Assembly (NCBI GenBank): GCA_050950825.1
Contig: JBMNIH010000004.1
Location: 576,001-640,000, forward strand
Direction: 5' to 3'
DNA length: 64,000 bases
From: Clostridia bacterium
GTDB lineage: Bacteria > Bacillota > Clostridia > JAAYHZ01
Shown: in pieces, positions 1 to 10,007 of the stretch
Layout: every line of letters begins with the position of its first letter
How positions within the stretch are numbered: the first letter of the stretch is position 1
The notes under the pieces: model-generated
What the model saw: the letters and a program-made list of their open reading frames with translations, nothing else
What the model was told of the DNA's origin: nothing
Databases searched by the model: none
Made by a program: the position numbers and the translations under genes

Positions 1-259
1 AAAGCTTTCGGTCTCTGTCAGGGTCTTTGTTGAATATGTTTCCCTGCTCGTATTTGCTAATGTGCAATCCTTTCAAAAACAGTTCTCCGTTTCGAACTTG
101 GGCATAGCTGTCTTTAAAATTGGCTTTGCCGCCTCGAACGGACTTAACTTCAGTACCGGACAATACAATTCCGGCTTCCATTGTTTGCTCTACAAAGTAT
201 TCGTGTCTTGCTTTTTTATTTTGAACAATAATCTTCGTTTCTTTTTTTGCTGTTGTCAT
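1..259 (-). CDS. smpB: SsrA-binding protein SmpB (3' end outside window)
   Basis: Not in the ORF track. Manual translation from ATG 259: [40 protein letters not shown]...[22 protein letters not shown], which carries the SmpB signatures. Confidence 0.95.
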   Translation of the reverse strand, partial: MTTAKKETKIIVQNKKARHEYFVEQTMEAGIVLSGTEVKSVRGGKANFKDSYAQVRNGELFLKGLHISKYEQGNIFNKDPDRDRKL

Positions 260-347
260 TTCCGAGCTTTCACCGTTTCAATACCCTCGTTAATATTGGA
301 GAGAAACTGCCTTTTTTGAAATTTCCGCCTTCTGTGACCGTACAGTA

Positions 348-376
348 ATTATAAGCAACAAATCGATTAATGTCAA
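348..376 (-). promoter_or_regulatory. sigma-A promoter of smpB
   Basis: Perfect TTGACA-17 nt-TATAAT on the minus strand. Confidence 0.8.
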
Positions 377-501
377 GGAATCGACCTTGGAAAATATTAT
401 TTATACTTGAAGTTAACAGATAAATATTTATTCTTCTAAATTTTATTTTCATGTGTTATAATCTATAGCATAAACGAATATCGAGGAGGGTAATAAACAG
501 A

Positions 502-921
502 ATGGCTATATTTGGCTCGAAAAAAAAGTGTCCCCATTGCGGAAAAAACAATAAAGTAGACGCCAAGAAGTGTGTGAAGTGCGGTGAGGCGTTTGATAAG
601 TTGGCACCGTCATTTGTCCAAGGTACAGCATGGAGTGCAGCCGATCGTTATGAAAGCCCGGAAGAAGAAAACAAAGGGTATGAATATGTTGAAGAACCGG
701 ATACGTTCTGGAAGGTCATTTTAATCATCGGTATCATTTTTACCGTAACATTCTTGTTCATGGGATTCGGTTTGCCGTTGCTTGTATTAGGTATCATCGG
801 TCTGAAAAAGAGGATTGCAGATACGCCTTTCAAGATAAAATTCGGTATTATTATCGGTGCGCTTATACTGGGTTATTTAACTTACGAATTTATCCTTTAC
901 CCGCTTGTTCGTATTACGTAA
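502..921 (+). CDS. Zinc-ribbon membrane protein
   Basis: N-terminal CPHC...CVKC, C-terminal hydrophobic helices, GGAGG SD, TGnTATAAT at 454-462. Confidence 0.75.
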   Translation: MAIFGSKKKCPHCGKNNKVDAKKCVKCGEAFDKLAPSFVQGTAWSAADRYESPEEENKGYEYVEEPDTFWKVILIIGIIFTVTFLFMGFGLPLLVLGIIGLKKRIADTPFKIKFGIIIGALILGYLTYEFILYPLVRIT

Positions 922-968
922 GTTGTCAGAAGGTACATAAAAAGATCAGGGGATATAAAGAGAAAGAG

Positions 969-990
969 AGGATGCTTCGCATCCTTTTTT
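969..990 (+). terminator. Intrinsic terminator
   Basis: AGGATGC-TTC-GCATCCT followed by a T-run. Confidence 0.75.
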
Positions 991-998
991 CGTTCGTA

Positions 999-1027
999 TT
1001 GACTTGCTTACAAACGTGTGGTAAAAT
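999..1027 (+). promoter_or_regulatory. sigma-A promoter of the stp-pknB operon
   Basis: TTGACT-17-TAAAAT with TG extension. Confidence 0.6.
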
Positions 1028-1177
1028 ATGTAACACATTGATACCGTTTCGTTTTTTGTGAGGTTTTATTTTATGTTGTAAATTCAAACGCTTGCTAACA
1101 AGCGCCCGCCCATGGTAATATTGTATTAATATTGTTTACCGAATTTATACCGTTAAGAGAGATAAGCAGGTGATTCA

Positions 1178-1909
1178 ATGCAATACGCATTATTAACCGA
1201 CAAAGGTAAAGTGAGAGGAAAAAACGAAGATAATTTATTCGCCCGTTTGTATACCGATACAGCAGGCTTTTTTATGGTAGCCGACGGTATGGGAGGTCAT
1301 GTGTACGGCGATGTAGCCAGCGGTATTGCGTCGGATATAGCGAGTTTGCATTCGGAAGCTTCAATATTGTCCATCATCAACGGGGAAGACCCGGAAAAGG
1401 TTCTATTTGCTCTTGTAGAAGAAATAAATAATAAGATCATGGAACAAGCTTTACAGAATCGAGAAATGTTAGGTATGGGAACCACATTGGTGATGGCTAT
1501 TGTTTGTAACAATAAACTGCATATCTCTAACGTCGGTGACAGCCGACTGTATTTATATCGCGACAAGGAATTGCAATTGCTTACCGTAGACCATTCGGTA
1601 GTTCAAGAAATGTACGAACAGGGAATTATCAGCAAGGAAGAGGCAATCGGACATCCACAGAAAAATATCTTGACTCGTGCGGTTGGATGCGATAAAAATG
1701 TAAATCCGGATTATTTCGAATACGATATATATAAAGAAGACATCCTTCTCCTATGCACGGACGGTTTGACAAATATTGTGGATGACAGTGTTATGGCGGA
1801 GATAATAGGGAAGAATAACGATTTAGAAGCATTGTGCAACGAATTGGTCGCGATTGCCAATCAAAACGGCGGTTTGGACAATATTACATGTATTGCCGTA
1901 AAAATTTAA
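1178..1909 (+). CDS. stp: PP2C-type Ser/Thr phosphatase (Stp1/PrpC)
   Basis: NED, VADGMGGH, GMGTT, NVGDSR, CTDGL and GGLDNIT motifs. Confidence 0.95.
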   Translation: MQYALLTDKGKVRGKNEDNLFARLYTDTAGFFMVADGMGGHVYGDVASGIASDIASLHSEASILSIINGEDPEKVLFALVEEINNKIMEQALQNREMLGMGTTLVMAIVCNNKLHISNVGDSRLYLYRDKELQLLTVDHSVVQEMYEQGIISKEEAIGHPQKNILTRAVGCDKNVNPDYFEYDIYKEDILLLCTDGLTNIVDDSVMAEIIGKNNDLEALCNELVAIANQNGGLDNITCIAVKI

Positions 1910-1998
1910 TCCCGACTTACGAATCATATATAGACAGCATGGAGAATTTTTACGTCGATTACCGGACAACAGACTTGAAAGGCGGTTAACCCGTATTT

Positions 1999-4101
1999 AT
2001 GGATTTGATAGGTAAGGTTTTTGATAATAGATACGAAATCATTGAAAGAGTTGGAGTCGGCGGCATGGCGGTGGTGTATAAAGCCAAATGCCGTTTGCTG
2101 AACCGATACGTAGCCGTAAAGGTTTTAAAGCAAGAATTTTCGGAAGACGAATTATTTGTCAATCGTTTTCGGATTGAAGCCCAAGCTTCGGCGGAATTGG
2201 CCCATACCAATATTGTATCTATCTATGATGTGGGTAAATTTGAAAATTATTATTACTTGGTAATGGAATTCATCGACGGTATGACCTTGAATGATTTCAT
2301 TACCGAAAAAGGCGTACTGTCTTCCGAAGAAACCTGCATCATTTCACTGCAAATATTAAGCGCGTTGGAAAAAGCGCATTCGAAGGGCATTGTCCACTGC
2401 GATATCAAGCCCCATAACATTATGCTGACTCGGGACGGAACAGTGAAAGTTTGCGATTTCGGGATTGCCCGAGCCGCATCCATGGCCACAACCACCATAT
2501 CCACAAAGAATATGGGATCGGTTCACTATTTGTCTCCCGAACAAGCCCGAGGCGGGTATGTCAGTGCCAAGTCCGATATTTATTCCTTGGGTGTCGTCAT
2601 GTACCAAATGGTAACGGGCGTGCTTCCCTTTACGGGAGAATCACCGGTGGCCATCGCTCTTGGGCATATACAAAAAGATCCCGTTCCGCCTATCGAGCGA
2701 AACGAGAACGTATCGCCCGTTTTAAACGATATTATTCTGAAAGCCATGCAAAAATCCGAAGCGGATCGATACGAGTCGGCTGCCCAAATGATCGAGGACC
2801 TTTCGGAGAAAATGAATATCAGCATACCCGGGCCGGTGATTCAGAGCAAGAAGGAAAGAAACAAGTTGGATGAAAACAAGATCAAGAAATTAAAGGTCGA
2901 GACCGATGAATACGAAGAGGTAGCTAAAATTCGAAAAGAAAAGCGGAGAAACCGAACGGCGGTATGGGGAGCCATTTTTGTTTCGTTAATTATCATCGGA
3001 ACCATGAGCGCATTGGCCTTTAATTTGATTCCTTCGTTAATACCCGAGCCTGCCTATTACGTGGTAGAAGATTACAAAGGACTGGATTACAATTATGCAA
3101 AAAGCATTTTGGAAAACGTTCCCCAAGTGGAAATCATAGTCGAAACGTCCTTTGTAAACAGCGAAACGGTTCAGGAGGGAATTGTCATTTCCCAAAGCGT
3201 GGAAAAGGGAATTGTATTTAAGGAAGGAATACCCAACCGGATTAAGTTGACGGTAAGCAACGGACCGAAATTAATCACCATATCCAATTACAAGAATACG
3301 CAGGCAAGAATTGCGGAAATGGAATTGAAGAGCTTAGGCTTTAACGTGGTTGTGGAGGAGGAACACAGCAACGTACCGGCCGGATACGTGATTCGTACCG
3401 ACCCGGATGGCGGCATGAGCTTAAAGCCCAACGAAACCATCATACTGTATAAAAGCTTAGGTCCTTTGTTCGTCAAAGTGGAAGTGCCGGATTTATCCGG
3501 TTTGACGCTGACGGAATTAAGGCAAGTTTTGGGAGAGAAAAACCTGAAGATCGGCGATATACGTCCTACAGGACAAATCAGCTTGGTTGCAAAGGTCATC
3601 GGACAATCGCCTCAACCCGGAACGATTGTGGACGAATATAGCGAAGTGAATATCGTTTTTGAAGATATTACCGAAGAGCAGCCGCCTTTCGAGGAACCCG
3701 AAGACCTTATTTATCCTTATGTGTTTATTCCGTCGGATTTGAATCGATATAGCGAACCGATCAAGGTATTGTTTGAAGTGAAACCCAGTGATACCGGGCA
3801 GGTTTCGACACTGTATAACGAATTTTTGAATAAGGATGAATTTCCGATTTATGTGGATATTCAGGTACCTGCCGGTGGAAATACGGAAGTCTTGATACTG
3901 GTCGACAACAAGTTCTATGATCGATTTATCTTGGATTACAACGAGCTTGTTGAAGCCGGTTTACATAACGAAGATAACGAATATAATGAAGATATCGAAG
4001 ATAACGAAGGCATCGAAGATACGGAGGACACGGAAGGTGTTCAAACCGATGAGGAATTGCAAAATTCGGATAACGACGACGAATACAGCGAGGAGGATTG
4101 A
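1999..4101 (+). CDS. pknB: PASTA-domain Ser/Thr kinase (PknB/PrkC)
   Basis: GVGGMAVVY, VAVK, HCDIKPHN, DFGIA, GSVHYLSPEQARG; TM helix; about 3 PASTA repeats; acidic tail. Confidence 0.95.
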   Translation: MDLIGKVFDNRYEIIERVGVGGMAVVYKAKCRLLNRYVAVKVLKQEFSEDELFVNRFRIEAQASAELAHTNIVSIYDVGKFENYYYLVMEFIDGMTLNDFITEKGVLSSEETCIISLQILSALEKAHSKGIVHCDIKPHNIMLTRDGTVKVCDFGIARAASMATTTISTKNMGSVHYLSPEQARGGYVSAKSDIYSLGVVMYQMVTGVLPFTGESPVAIALGHIQKDPVPPIERNENVSPVLNDIILKAMQKSEADRYESAAQMIEDLSEKMNISIPGPVIQSKKERNKLDENKIKKLKVETDEYEEVAKIRKEKRRNRTAVWGAIFVSLIIIGTMSALAFNLIPSLIPEPAYYVVEDYKGLDYNYAKSILENVPQVEIIVETSFVNSETVQEGIVISQSVEKGIVFKEGIPNRIKLTVSNGPKLITISNYKNTQARIAEMELKSLGFNVVVEEEHSNVPAGYVIRTDPDGGMSLKPNETIILYKSLGPLFVKVEVPDLSGLTLTELRQVLGEKNLKIGDIRPTGQISLVAKVIGQSPQPGTIVDEYSEVNIVFEDITEEQPPFEEPEDLIYPYVFIPSDLNRYSEPIKVLFEVKPSDTGQVSTLYNEFLNKDEFPIYVDIQVPAGGNTEVLILVDNKFYDRFILDYNELVEAGLHNEDNEYNEDIEDNEGIEDTEDTEGVQTDEELQNSDNDDEYSEED
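3967..4038 (+). repeat. Imperfect 9-bp tandem repeat (8 units) encoding the acidic tail of PknB
   Basis: aacgaagat/aacgaatat/aatgaagat/atcgaagat/aacgaaggc/atcgaagat/acggaggac/acggaaggt. Confidence 0.7.
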
Positions 4102-4127
4102 GTCCATGACGTTACGGAGGTGTAAGC

Positions 4128-5012
4128 TTGCCTAAAGGAATTATCCTAAAGGGAGTAGGAGGACTTTACACGGTATACAGCGAAGGTAGAACCTATAGCT
4201 GTAAACCGAGAGGCGTTTTTCGTATCAAAGGAGTCACACCTCTTCCGGGGGATTGTTGCATGTTTGATATCGTAGACGACGAGTTAGGCTTTATTCTCGA
4301 GATACTGCCGAGAAAAAATGAGCTGATACGTCCTGCGGTAGCGAACGTCGATATCGCGGCCATTGTAATCGCATTATCCTCTCCGGAGCCTGATTTTTAC
4401 ATGGTGGATAAAATCATCGCTACTTGTTTGGTGAAAAAAATCGAGCCGATTCTTATCGCGAACAAAGCCGATACGGCCAAGGAAGAGATATGGGATACCT
4501 TCTTAAAAAATTATGCCCCCACCGGGCTTCGATATTTTAAGATATCGGCAAAGAATGAAACGGGTTTTGAAGACCTTTTAGAATATTTTGATTGTAAGAC
4601 CGTGGTGTTTGCCGGGCAGTCCGGTACCGGAAAGTCTACTATCATTAACGCGATCGTCGGGTATGAATTGATGGAAACCGGATGTATCAGTGAAAAGATA
4701 GAGCGTGGCAGGCATACTACCCGCCATACCAACTTTATTCATATAAAAAGCGGAGCTTTTATCGCCGATACGCCGGGATTCAGCAATGTGGAACCGGAAG
4801 GGATCGATGAAAAAGAGCTTCATTTGTATTACCCGGAGTTTAAGCCTTGGATCGGGCAATGCAAGTTTCAAACCTGTGTCCATATAAAAGAGCCGGGATG
4901 TGCCGTAAAGGAAAAAGTGCAGCAAGGATCCATCGGAGATCTGCGCTACGAAAACTACAGCCGAATGTATTATCGAATCATGGAATTAAACAAACAAAAG
5001 CGAGGATATTGA
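4128..5012 (+). CDS. rsgA: Ribosome small subunit-dependent GTPase A
   Basis: Circularly permuted GTPase: [24 protein letters not shown], CxFxxCxHxxEPGC; synteny with stp-pknB. Confidence 0.95.
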   Translation: MPKGIILKGVGGLYTVYSEGRTYSCKPRGVFRIKGVTPLPGDCCMFDIVDDELGFILEILPRKNELIRPAVANVDIAAIVIALSSPEPDFYMVDKIIATCLVKKIEPILIANKADTAKEEIWDTFLKNYAPTGLRYFKISAKNETGFEDLLEYFDCKTVVFAGQSGTGKSTIINAIVGYELMETGCISEKIERGRHTTRHTNFIHIKSGAFIADTPGFSNVEPEGIDEKELHLYYPEFKPWIGQCKFQTCVHIKEPGCAVKEKVQQGSIGDLRYENYSRMYYRIMELNKQKRGY

Positions 5013-5014
5013 TT

Positions 5015-5671
5015 ATGATTAAAATAGCGCCTTCCATATTATCGGCGGATTTTTCCGCTCTGGGAAACGAATTAAAAAGAGTGGAAGCGGCCGGTGCCGA
5101 CTATATTCATATCGATGTCATGGACGGACATTTCGTTCCGAATATAACCTTTGGACCGCCCGTGGTCAAGGCCATCCGGAAATATACGAAGCTTCCTTTT
5201 GACGTACATCTTATGATAACGGACCCGGATAAGTATATCGACGATTTTGTCAATGCGGGGGCCGATATTATCACCGTTCATGCGGAAGCCTGTGTGCATC
5301 TGAATCGCACCATCCAAAACATAAAAGACAAAGGAATCAAAGCCGGTGTGGTTTTGAATCCCGCAACGTCTTTGTCGGTTTTGGATTGGGTGTTAAACGA
5401 TATTGACATGGTTCTGATTATGAGCGTAAACCCGGGCTTCGGAGGACAAAAATACATCGAAAGATGTACCTCTAAGATCGCGGCTTTAAAAGAAAAAATC
5501 GATTCGTTGAACCTGAAAACGGATATCGAAGTGGACGGAGGAATAACGGCCGATAATATCGGCAAGGTTGTGAAAGCCGGCGCCAACGTTATCGTTGCAG
5601 GATCCGCTATTTTCAAACACAAAGATTTAGGAGAAGCGGTGCGACTTTTAAGAGAAGGTGCCCGTTCGTGA
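5015..5671 (+). CDS. rpe: Ribulose-phosphate 3-epimerase
   Basis: [40 protein letters not shown]; start moved from 4847 to ATG 5015. Confidence 0.95.
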   Translation: MIKIAPSILSADFSALGNELKRVEAAGADYIHIDVMDGHFVPNITFGPPVVKAIRKYTKLPFDVHLMITDPDKYIDDFVNAGADIITVHAEACVHLNRTIQNIKDKGIKAGVVLNPATSLSVLDWVLNDIDMVLIMSVNPGFGGQKYIERCTSKIAALKEKIDSLNLKTDIEVDGGITADNIGKVVKAGANVIVAGSAIFKHKDLGEAVRLLREGARS

Positions 5672-6315
5672 ATACGGCGGTAATCTTCTTAGCCGGAGAA
5701 ATCAAAGACTACTCCGTTATTAAAAAATACACCGAACAAGCCGATTTTGTCATATGTGCCGACGGGGGAACCCGTCATGCGGATTATATGAATGTTATTC
5801 CCGATATGATCATCGGGGATATGGATTCCATCGATCCGGACCTTTTGGGTAAGTATATCGGTAAAGGTGTCAAAACACGATTGTTCAAAACGGAAAAGGA
5901 CGAGACCGATTCCCAATTGGCCGTCGATATCGCTTTCGAGCAAGGCTTTAAAGACATCGTGTTGCTGGGAGCCTTCGGCTCTTTGCCGGACCATACGTTA
6001 GCCAATGTAATGCTGTTGGAGTATATCCGTCAAAAAAAGGGAACCGGTAAAATTGTTACGGATAATGCCGAGCTTTCAATTGTTCGGAATTGTACCGAAT
6101 TCGATAGAGAATGCTTTAATCGGATTTCGTTGATTCCCCTTACGGAGAAGGTTTCCGGTATCACCACCGCAGGATTGAAATATAAGTTGTTAAACGATGT
6201 GCTATATCGTGCCGATACGCGAGGTATAAGCAACAGATTCGAAGAGGAACGGGTCCGCATCGAGGTCCAAGAAGGAGTTTTGCTGCTGGTTAAGGTGCGA
6301 GAGGAAACCGATTAA
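5668..6315 (+). CDS. thiN: Thiamine pyrophosphokinase
   Basis: CADGG, IGDMDSI, EKDETD, DHTLAN, GLKY and GISN motifs; follows rpe. Confidence 0.9.
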   Translation: MNTAVIFLAGEIKDYSVIKKYTEQADFVICADGGTRHADYMNVIPDMIIGDMDSIDPDLLGKYIGKGVKTRLFKTEKDETDSQLAVDIAFEQGFKDIVLLGAFGSLPDHTLANVMLLEYIRQKKGTGKIVTDNAELSIVRNCTEFDRECFNRISLIPLTEKVSGITTAGLKYKLLNDVLYRADTRGISNRFEEERVRIEVQEGVLLLVKVREETD

Positions 6316-6341
6316 AAACGAAGGAAAGTCGGGGTAAAGAA

Positions 6342-7532
6342 ATGGGTACTGCTGAAATAGTAGACATTGCAAGGAGCGTATGGAAAGCAATAATAATCAT
6401 TGTTCTTGCTTTCGCCGCTTTAAACTTTTTGATTCAGGCCCTTTTACGATGGGAAAAACGGTTTATGAACAGGATATTAAACCGGATCGAATATGAAAAT
6501 GAATTTGCCGTCAGTTATGCCCATGTAAACGATCTCATCTACATAAGAGAACGAGTCACCAATCGTAATGCCATCCCGCTGCCGAAAATAAGGGTGGATT
6601 TCAGCACACCGTCATCATTGGAATTTCCCGAAATCAAAACCGCATTAGTCAATACCTCAAGAGTCGTTACGAGCTTGTATTCATTAGGCTCCGATCAAAG
6701 AGTTCTTCGTAACCGATCCGTTAAATGTACGACGAGAGGTTTTTATGATATTAAAGGCGCCAGTGTTACCGTTCGAGGATTCATATCCGGCGCACTGTTT
6801 TCCCGTGCCGTGGAGATCAATGCCAAGCTTTGGGTTTATCCCGAATTCATCGACATGCGAACCCTGTATCAATTCAGCTCCAGCCCCATGGGGGATGTGA
6901 TTGTTCGTCGGTGGATCATGGAGGACCCTTTTTTATACTCCGGAGTTCGCGTGTATCGTCCCGGAGACGCTTTTAAGAAGATCCACTGGGGGTTGACGGC
7001 AAAAAATCGAGAAATCATGGTAAGACAAAACGATTACACATCGGAGATGAAATTGTGCGTAGCCTTGAATATCCAACCGTCACCAGTGCTTTACGGAAAC
7101 ATTGTCGATAAAACCATAGCCGAAACCGGAATCAAGGTTGCCGCCACACTCGTAGACCAAGCGACGGAGGTCAATGCTCCGGTTAGCTTTATTTGCAATT
7201 CCATACGAAGAGGCAGCAGAAACGCCATTGAAGTCATTGATTACGGAAAAGGCAAAAAGCATTTTGCGTATATCATGGAGAATATGGCCCAGCTTATGAT
7301 CAATAACAGCAGGACCTTAGAAGAATTGGTGGATTACCTCTATGAGAACATTTCCGATAGCGCTATTGTCATTGTCACGCATTATGTGAACTATAACGTT
7401 TTGCACTCCGCGGGACGTTTAAGCGGAAAAGGGAATAAGGTTCAGTTTATTGTTTTGGACGACGAATATAAATACAACGATATTCGAATGAATACGGACA
7501 TTGTATTTTTGAGTATGAAGAATGCCGTATAA
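6342..7532 (+). CDS. DUF58 (vWA-like) membrane-anchored protein
   Basis: RGFY and GVRVYRPGDAFKKIHWGLTAK DUF58 signature; N-terminal TM. Confidence 0.85.
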   Translation: MGTAEIVDIARSVWKAIIIIVLAFAALNFLIQALLRWEKRFMNRILNRIEYENEFAVSYAHVNDLIYIRERVTNRNAIPLPKIRVDFSTPSSLEFPEIKTALVNTSRVVTSLYSLGSDQRVLRNRSVKCTTRGFYDIKGASVTVRGFISGALFSRAVEINAKLWVYPEFIDMRTLYQFSSSPMGDVIVRRWIMEDPFLYSGVRVYRPGDAFKKIHWGLTAKNREIMVRQNDYTSEMKLCVALNIQPSPVLYGNIVDKTIAETGIKVAATLVDQATEVNAPVSFICNSIRRGSRNAIEVIDYGKGKKHFAYIMENMAQLMINNSRTLEELVDYLYENISDSAIVIVTHYVNYNVLHSAGRLSGKGNKVQFIVLDDEYKYNDIRMNTDIVFLSMKNAV

Positions 7533-7564
7533 TGCATATATATGATGAAAGGGAGTAAGGTGCC

Positions 7565-8686
7565 GTGAGACAGGTATCGTATAACAAAAAAGGCCAGAAA
7601 ATTGTAACCGTTACCTTTGATCCTTATTTTTTAACGGTTATGATGATTTTTTGCAGCCTCTATCCGTTCGTTTTAGGGTTGACCACCGTAACGCGGTTGG
7701 ATGTAGGAAAACCCATTTACATTATCCCTCTTTTGTTATTCGCTGTAGCGCGCTTTTTGACCTATTTGGACGAAACGGACCAAAAAGGAAAATACTCATT
7801 CAAAGTAAAAGGAGTAAAAATTCCGATCAAGTATTTGACACTGCCTTTACCCTTTGTGTTTATGCTGGTGAACTTTAACGCCTATACGTTAAAAAGTCCC
7901 GTTGTTTTTCTCATTGATTGGATCGTTCTGAGCGTTTTTTACTACTTCAGCTTGATTTCAAAAAAGAATGCAACGAAACTGCTGAAGATGTTCCATTTCT
8001 TTCTCGGACTCCTCTTTTGCGTCGGTGGGTTTTATATCTCTCTTCGGCTGTCGACGGATTTGGCCGTTTCACTGTCTTTCCTTTGCTTGATAACGTATTT
8101 TATAGGAATGCTTTTAATCGGCGCCAAACAAATCAGCATCAACACCTCGGCGGTCAAGGAAATGGTGGAGAAGTTTTTACGCTTTGTGAGGAATTTGTTG
8201 CGGCAAATCGGAAGGATTCTGTCACCGAAGCAAAACTTTTATCGTTTTATGAACTTTTTAACAAAGAGAAACCAGAAGAATACCATAGCCTATGATGATA
8301 TAATTGAAGATATCGATAATGGAAAAATATACGAAGATATCAACGAGCATCCGAAATATTATTTCAAGAATATTCGAAAGTTTATCAACTTGATGCTCAA
8401 AATTCGATATTCCTATGCATATGTATTGTACAGCTTCAATGAATGCGGTATACCGGTAGACAAAACCGATACACCTTCCCAGTTGAAAGGACGATTAAAG
8501 AAGGAATATGATCGTACCGACGAACATTATGTATTCAACAATTATTTTTCACGGCTCACTTCCATATATGAAATCGTACGATACGGAGAAAAACTGCCGG
8601 ATCCTTCCGAATATGCCGATATCGAAAATGATGTCAAAAGTACGGTACGATTGGCAAAGACCATTGTAAAAAAGAGCGTTAAGTAG
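7565..8686 (+). CDS. Multi-pass membrane protein with DUF4129-like C-terminus
   Basis: About 6 TM helices; C-terminal TDTPSQL...LTSIYEIVRYG motif. Confidence 0.65.
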   Translation: MRQVSYNKKGQKIVTVTFDPYFLTVMMIFCSLYPFVLGLTTVTRLDVGKPIYIIPLLLFAVARFLTYLDETDQKGKYSFKVKGVKIPIKYLTLPLPFVFMLVNFNAYTLKSPVVFLIDWIVLSVFYYFSLISKKNATKLLKMFHFFLGLLFCVGGFYISLRLSTDLAVSLSFLCLITYFIGMLLIGAKQISINTSAVKEMVEKFLRFVRNLLRQIGRILSPKQNFYRFMNFLTKRNQKNTIAYDDIIEDIDNGKIYEDINEHPKYYFKNIRKFINLMLKIRYSYAYVLYSFNECGIPVDKTDTPSQLKGRLKKEYDRTDEHYVFNNYFSRLTSIYEIVRYGEKLPDPSEYADIENDVKSTVRLAKTIVKKSVK

Positions 8687-8740
8687 AAAAACGAGCTTCA
8701 TAAATTTGTACAAAAATTTTGCTATATTTTCGATTTTTAA

Positions 8741-8769
8741 TTGACAAAATCGATTTTTGTCGTTATTAT
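8741..8769 (+). promoter_or_regulatory. sigma-A promoter overlapping a near-palindrome
   Basis: TTGACA-17-TATTAT with GACAAAATCGATTTTTGTC dyad; a second TGnTATAAT at 8869-8877. Confidence 0.55.
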
Positions 8770-8904
8770 ATTGAATAGTTAGAAATTGTTTTTGATTTTT
8801 TTAGTGTAGGAAAGCTATATATTTATATAATTTCGTATATTTATACAGTTTATTTTGCATAAAGTTTATGATATAATCACGAGCAAGAAACAATCCATTC
8901 ATTC

Positions 8905-8976
8905 ACCTTCCGTTTGTATGATGTTAACCGCTTGCTTTCACAAGGTTAAAATTTTTTCATACGGAAGGTTTTTTTT
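8905..8976 (+). promoter_or_regulatory. Long leader hairpin with U-tract (candidate attenuator)
   Basis: ACCTTCCG/CGGAAGGT, TATGA/TCATA and TTAACC/GGTTAA nested pairings followed by T8, 23 nt before the HAD start. Confidence 0.5.
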
Positions 8977-8999
8977 GTACGAATTAAATAGGGGCGCAT

Positions 9000-9851
9000 A
9001 TGACGATAAAAAACGAGAATCTTTTTAAAACCTTGGTAATATCGGATTTGGACGGAACACTGTTGAATAACGAAAAAAGAATTACGGAATATACCGAAAA
9101 GACCCTCAATCGATTAATCGGCTGCGGGATGAATTTTAGCATTGCTACCGCTCGAACGGCGGCTACGGTACAAAAGCTTCTTTCGAGTATTCATGTGAAT
9201 ATACCGGTGATTTTAATGAACGGTGTATGCGTATATGATCTTCATACGCAAAAATATGTGCATATGGAATCCATGGCAAGGGATGCGGTGAAAAAGCTGA
9301 TCGATGCCGTGACTCCGTTACAATCCTCCGGATTTTTATATGCCATTCAAGACCATGAATTGTTCACGTTTTACGAGAACGATGCTTCGCCTCATGCGAC
9401 GGAGTTTATACGGGAACGAAAAGAAGGTTACGGCAAAGTTTTCACGAAGGTTCGTTCCTTTTACGATTGCTTGGATTTCAACCTTGTCTATTATTCCGTA
9501 GCCGACAGCAAAGAAAACCTTGCGGATGTGTATCGGAAAATTGAATCCGTAAACGAGCTTCGGGCGGAATTCTACAAAGATACCTACAATGAGGGTTATT
9601 GGTATTTGGAAGTATGCTCGCGCAACGCATCCAAAAGCCATGCCGTGGAGTTCCTTCGCAAAGCATACGGCTTTCAGCTGGTTTTCGGATTCGGTGACAA
9701 TTTGAACGATCTGCCCCTTTTTAAAGCCTGCGACCAAAGCTTTGCCGTTATGAATGCGGCACCGGAGGTTAAAGCAAAAGCGTCCCTTGTGATCGAAAGC
9801 AACCAAGAGGACGGTGTTGCCAAATGGCTGGAGCAAAATATAAGGTTATAG
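9000..9851 (+). CDS. Cof-type HAD-IIB hydrolase
   Basis: SDLDGTLL, IATAR, SK and FGDNLNDLPLF motifs. Confidence 0.92.
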   Translation: MTIKNENLFKTLVISDLDGTLLNNEKRITEYTEKTLNRLIGCGMNFSIATARTAATVQKLLSSIHVNIPVILMNGVCVYDLHTQKYVHMESMARDAVKKLIDAVTPLQSSGFLYAIQDHELFTFYENDASPHATEFIRERKEGYGKVFTKVRSFYDCLDFNLVYYSVADSKENLADVYRKIESVNELRAEFYKDTYNEGYWYLEVCSRNASKSHAVEFLRKAYGFQLVFGFGDNLNDLPLFKACDQSFAVMNAAPEVKAKASLVIESNQEDGVAKWLEQNIRL

Positions 9852-10007
9852 ATTGCATGCTATAATCGGACACGGAATGTATTCATCGGACCTTTAATTG
9901 TATTTCCATTCCTCCCGTTTATTCTATATAATGGATATGATTTAAGCTTTGTGTAAGGCTTTACACAGGGAATGTTCGATTATGTTCAAAAAGGGGGATT
10001 ACATTCC

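Noticed and set aside
62-452. ORF-track calls 62..319 (+) and 270..452 (-)
   Set aside because: Shadow ORFs over smpB and its promoter; the real gene is smpB on the minus strand
4847-5014. N-terminal extension of rpe
   Set aside because: Overlaps rsgA; the conserved start is ATG 5015
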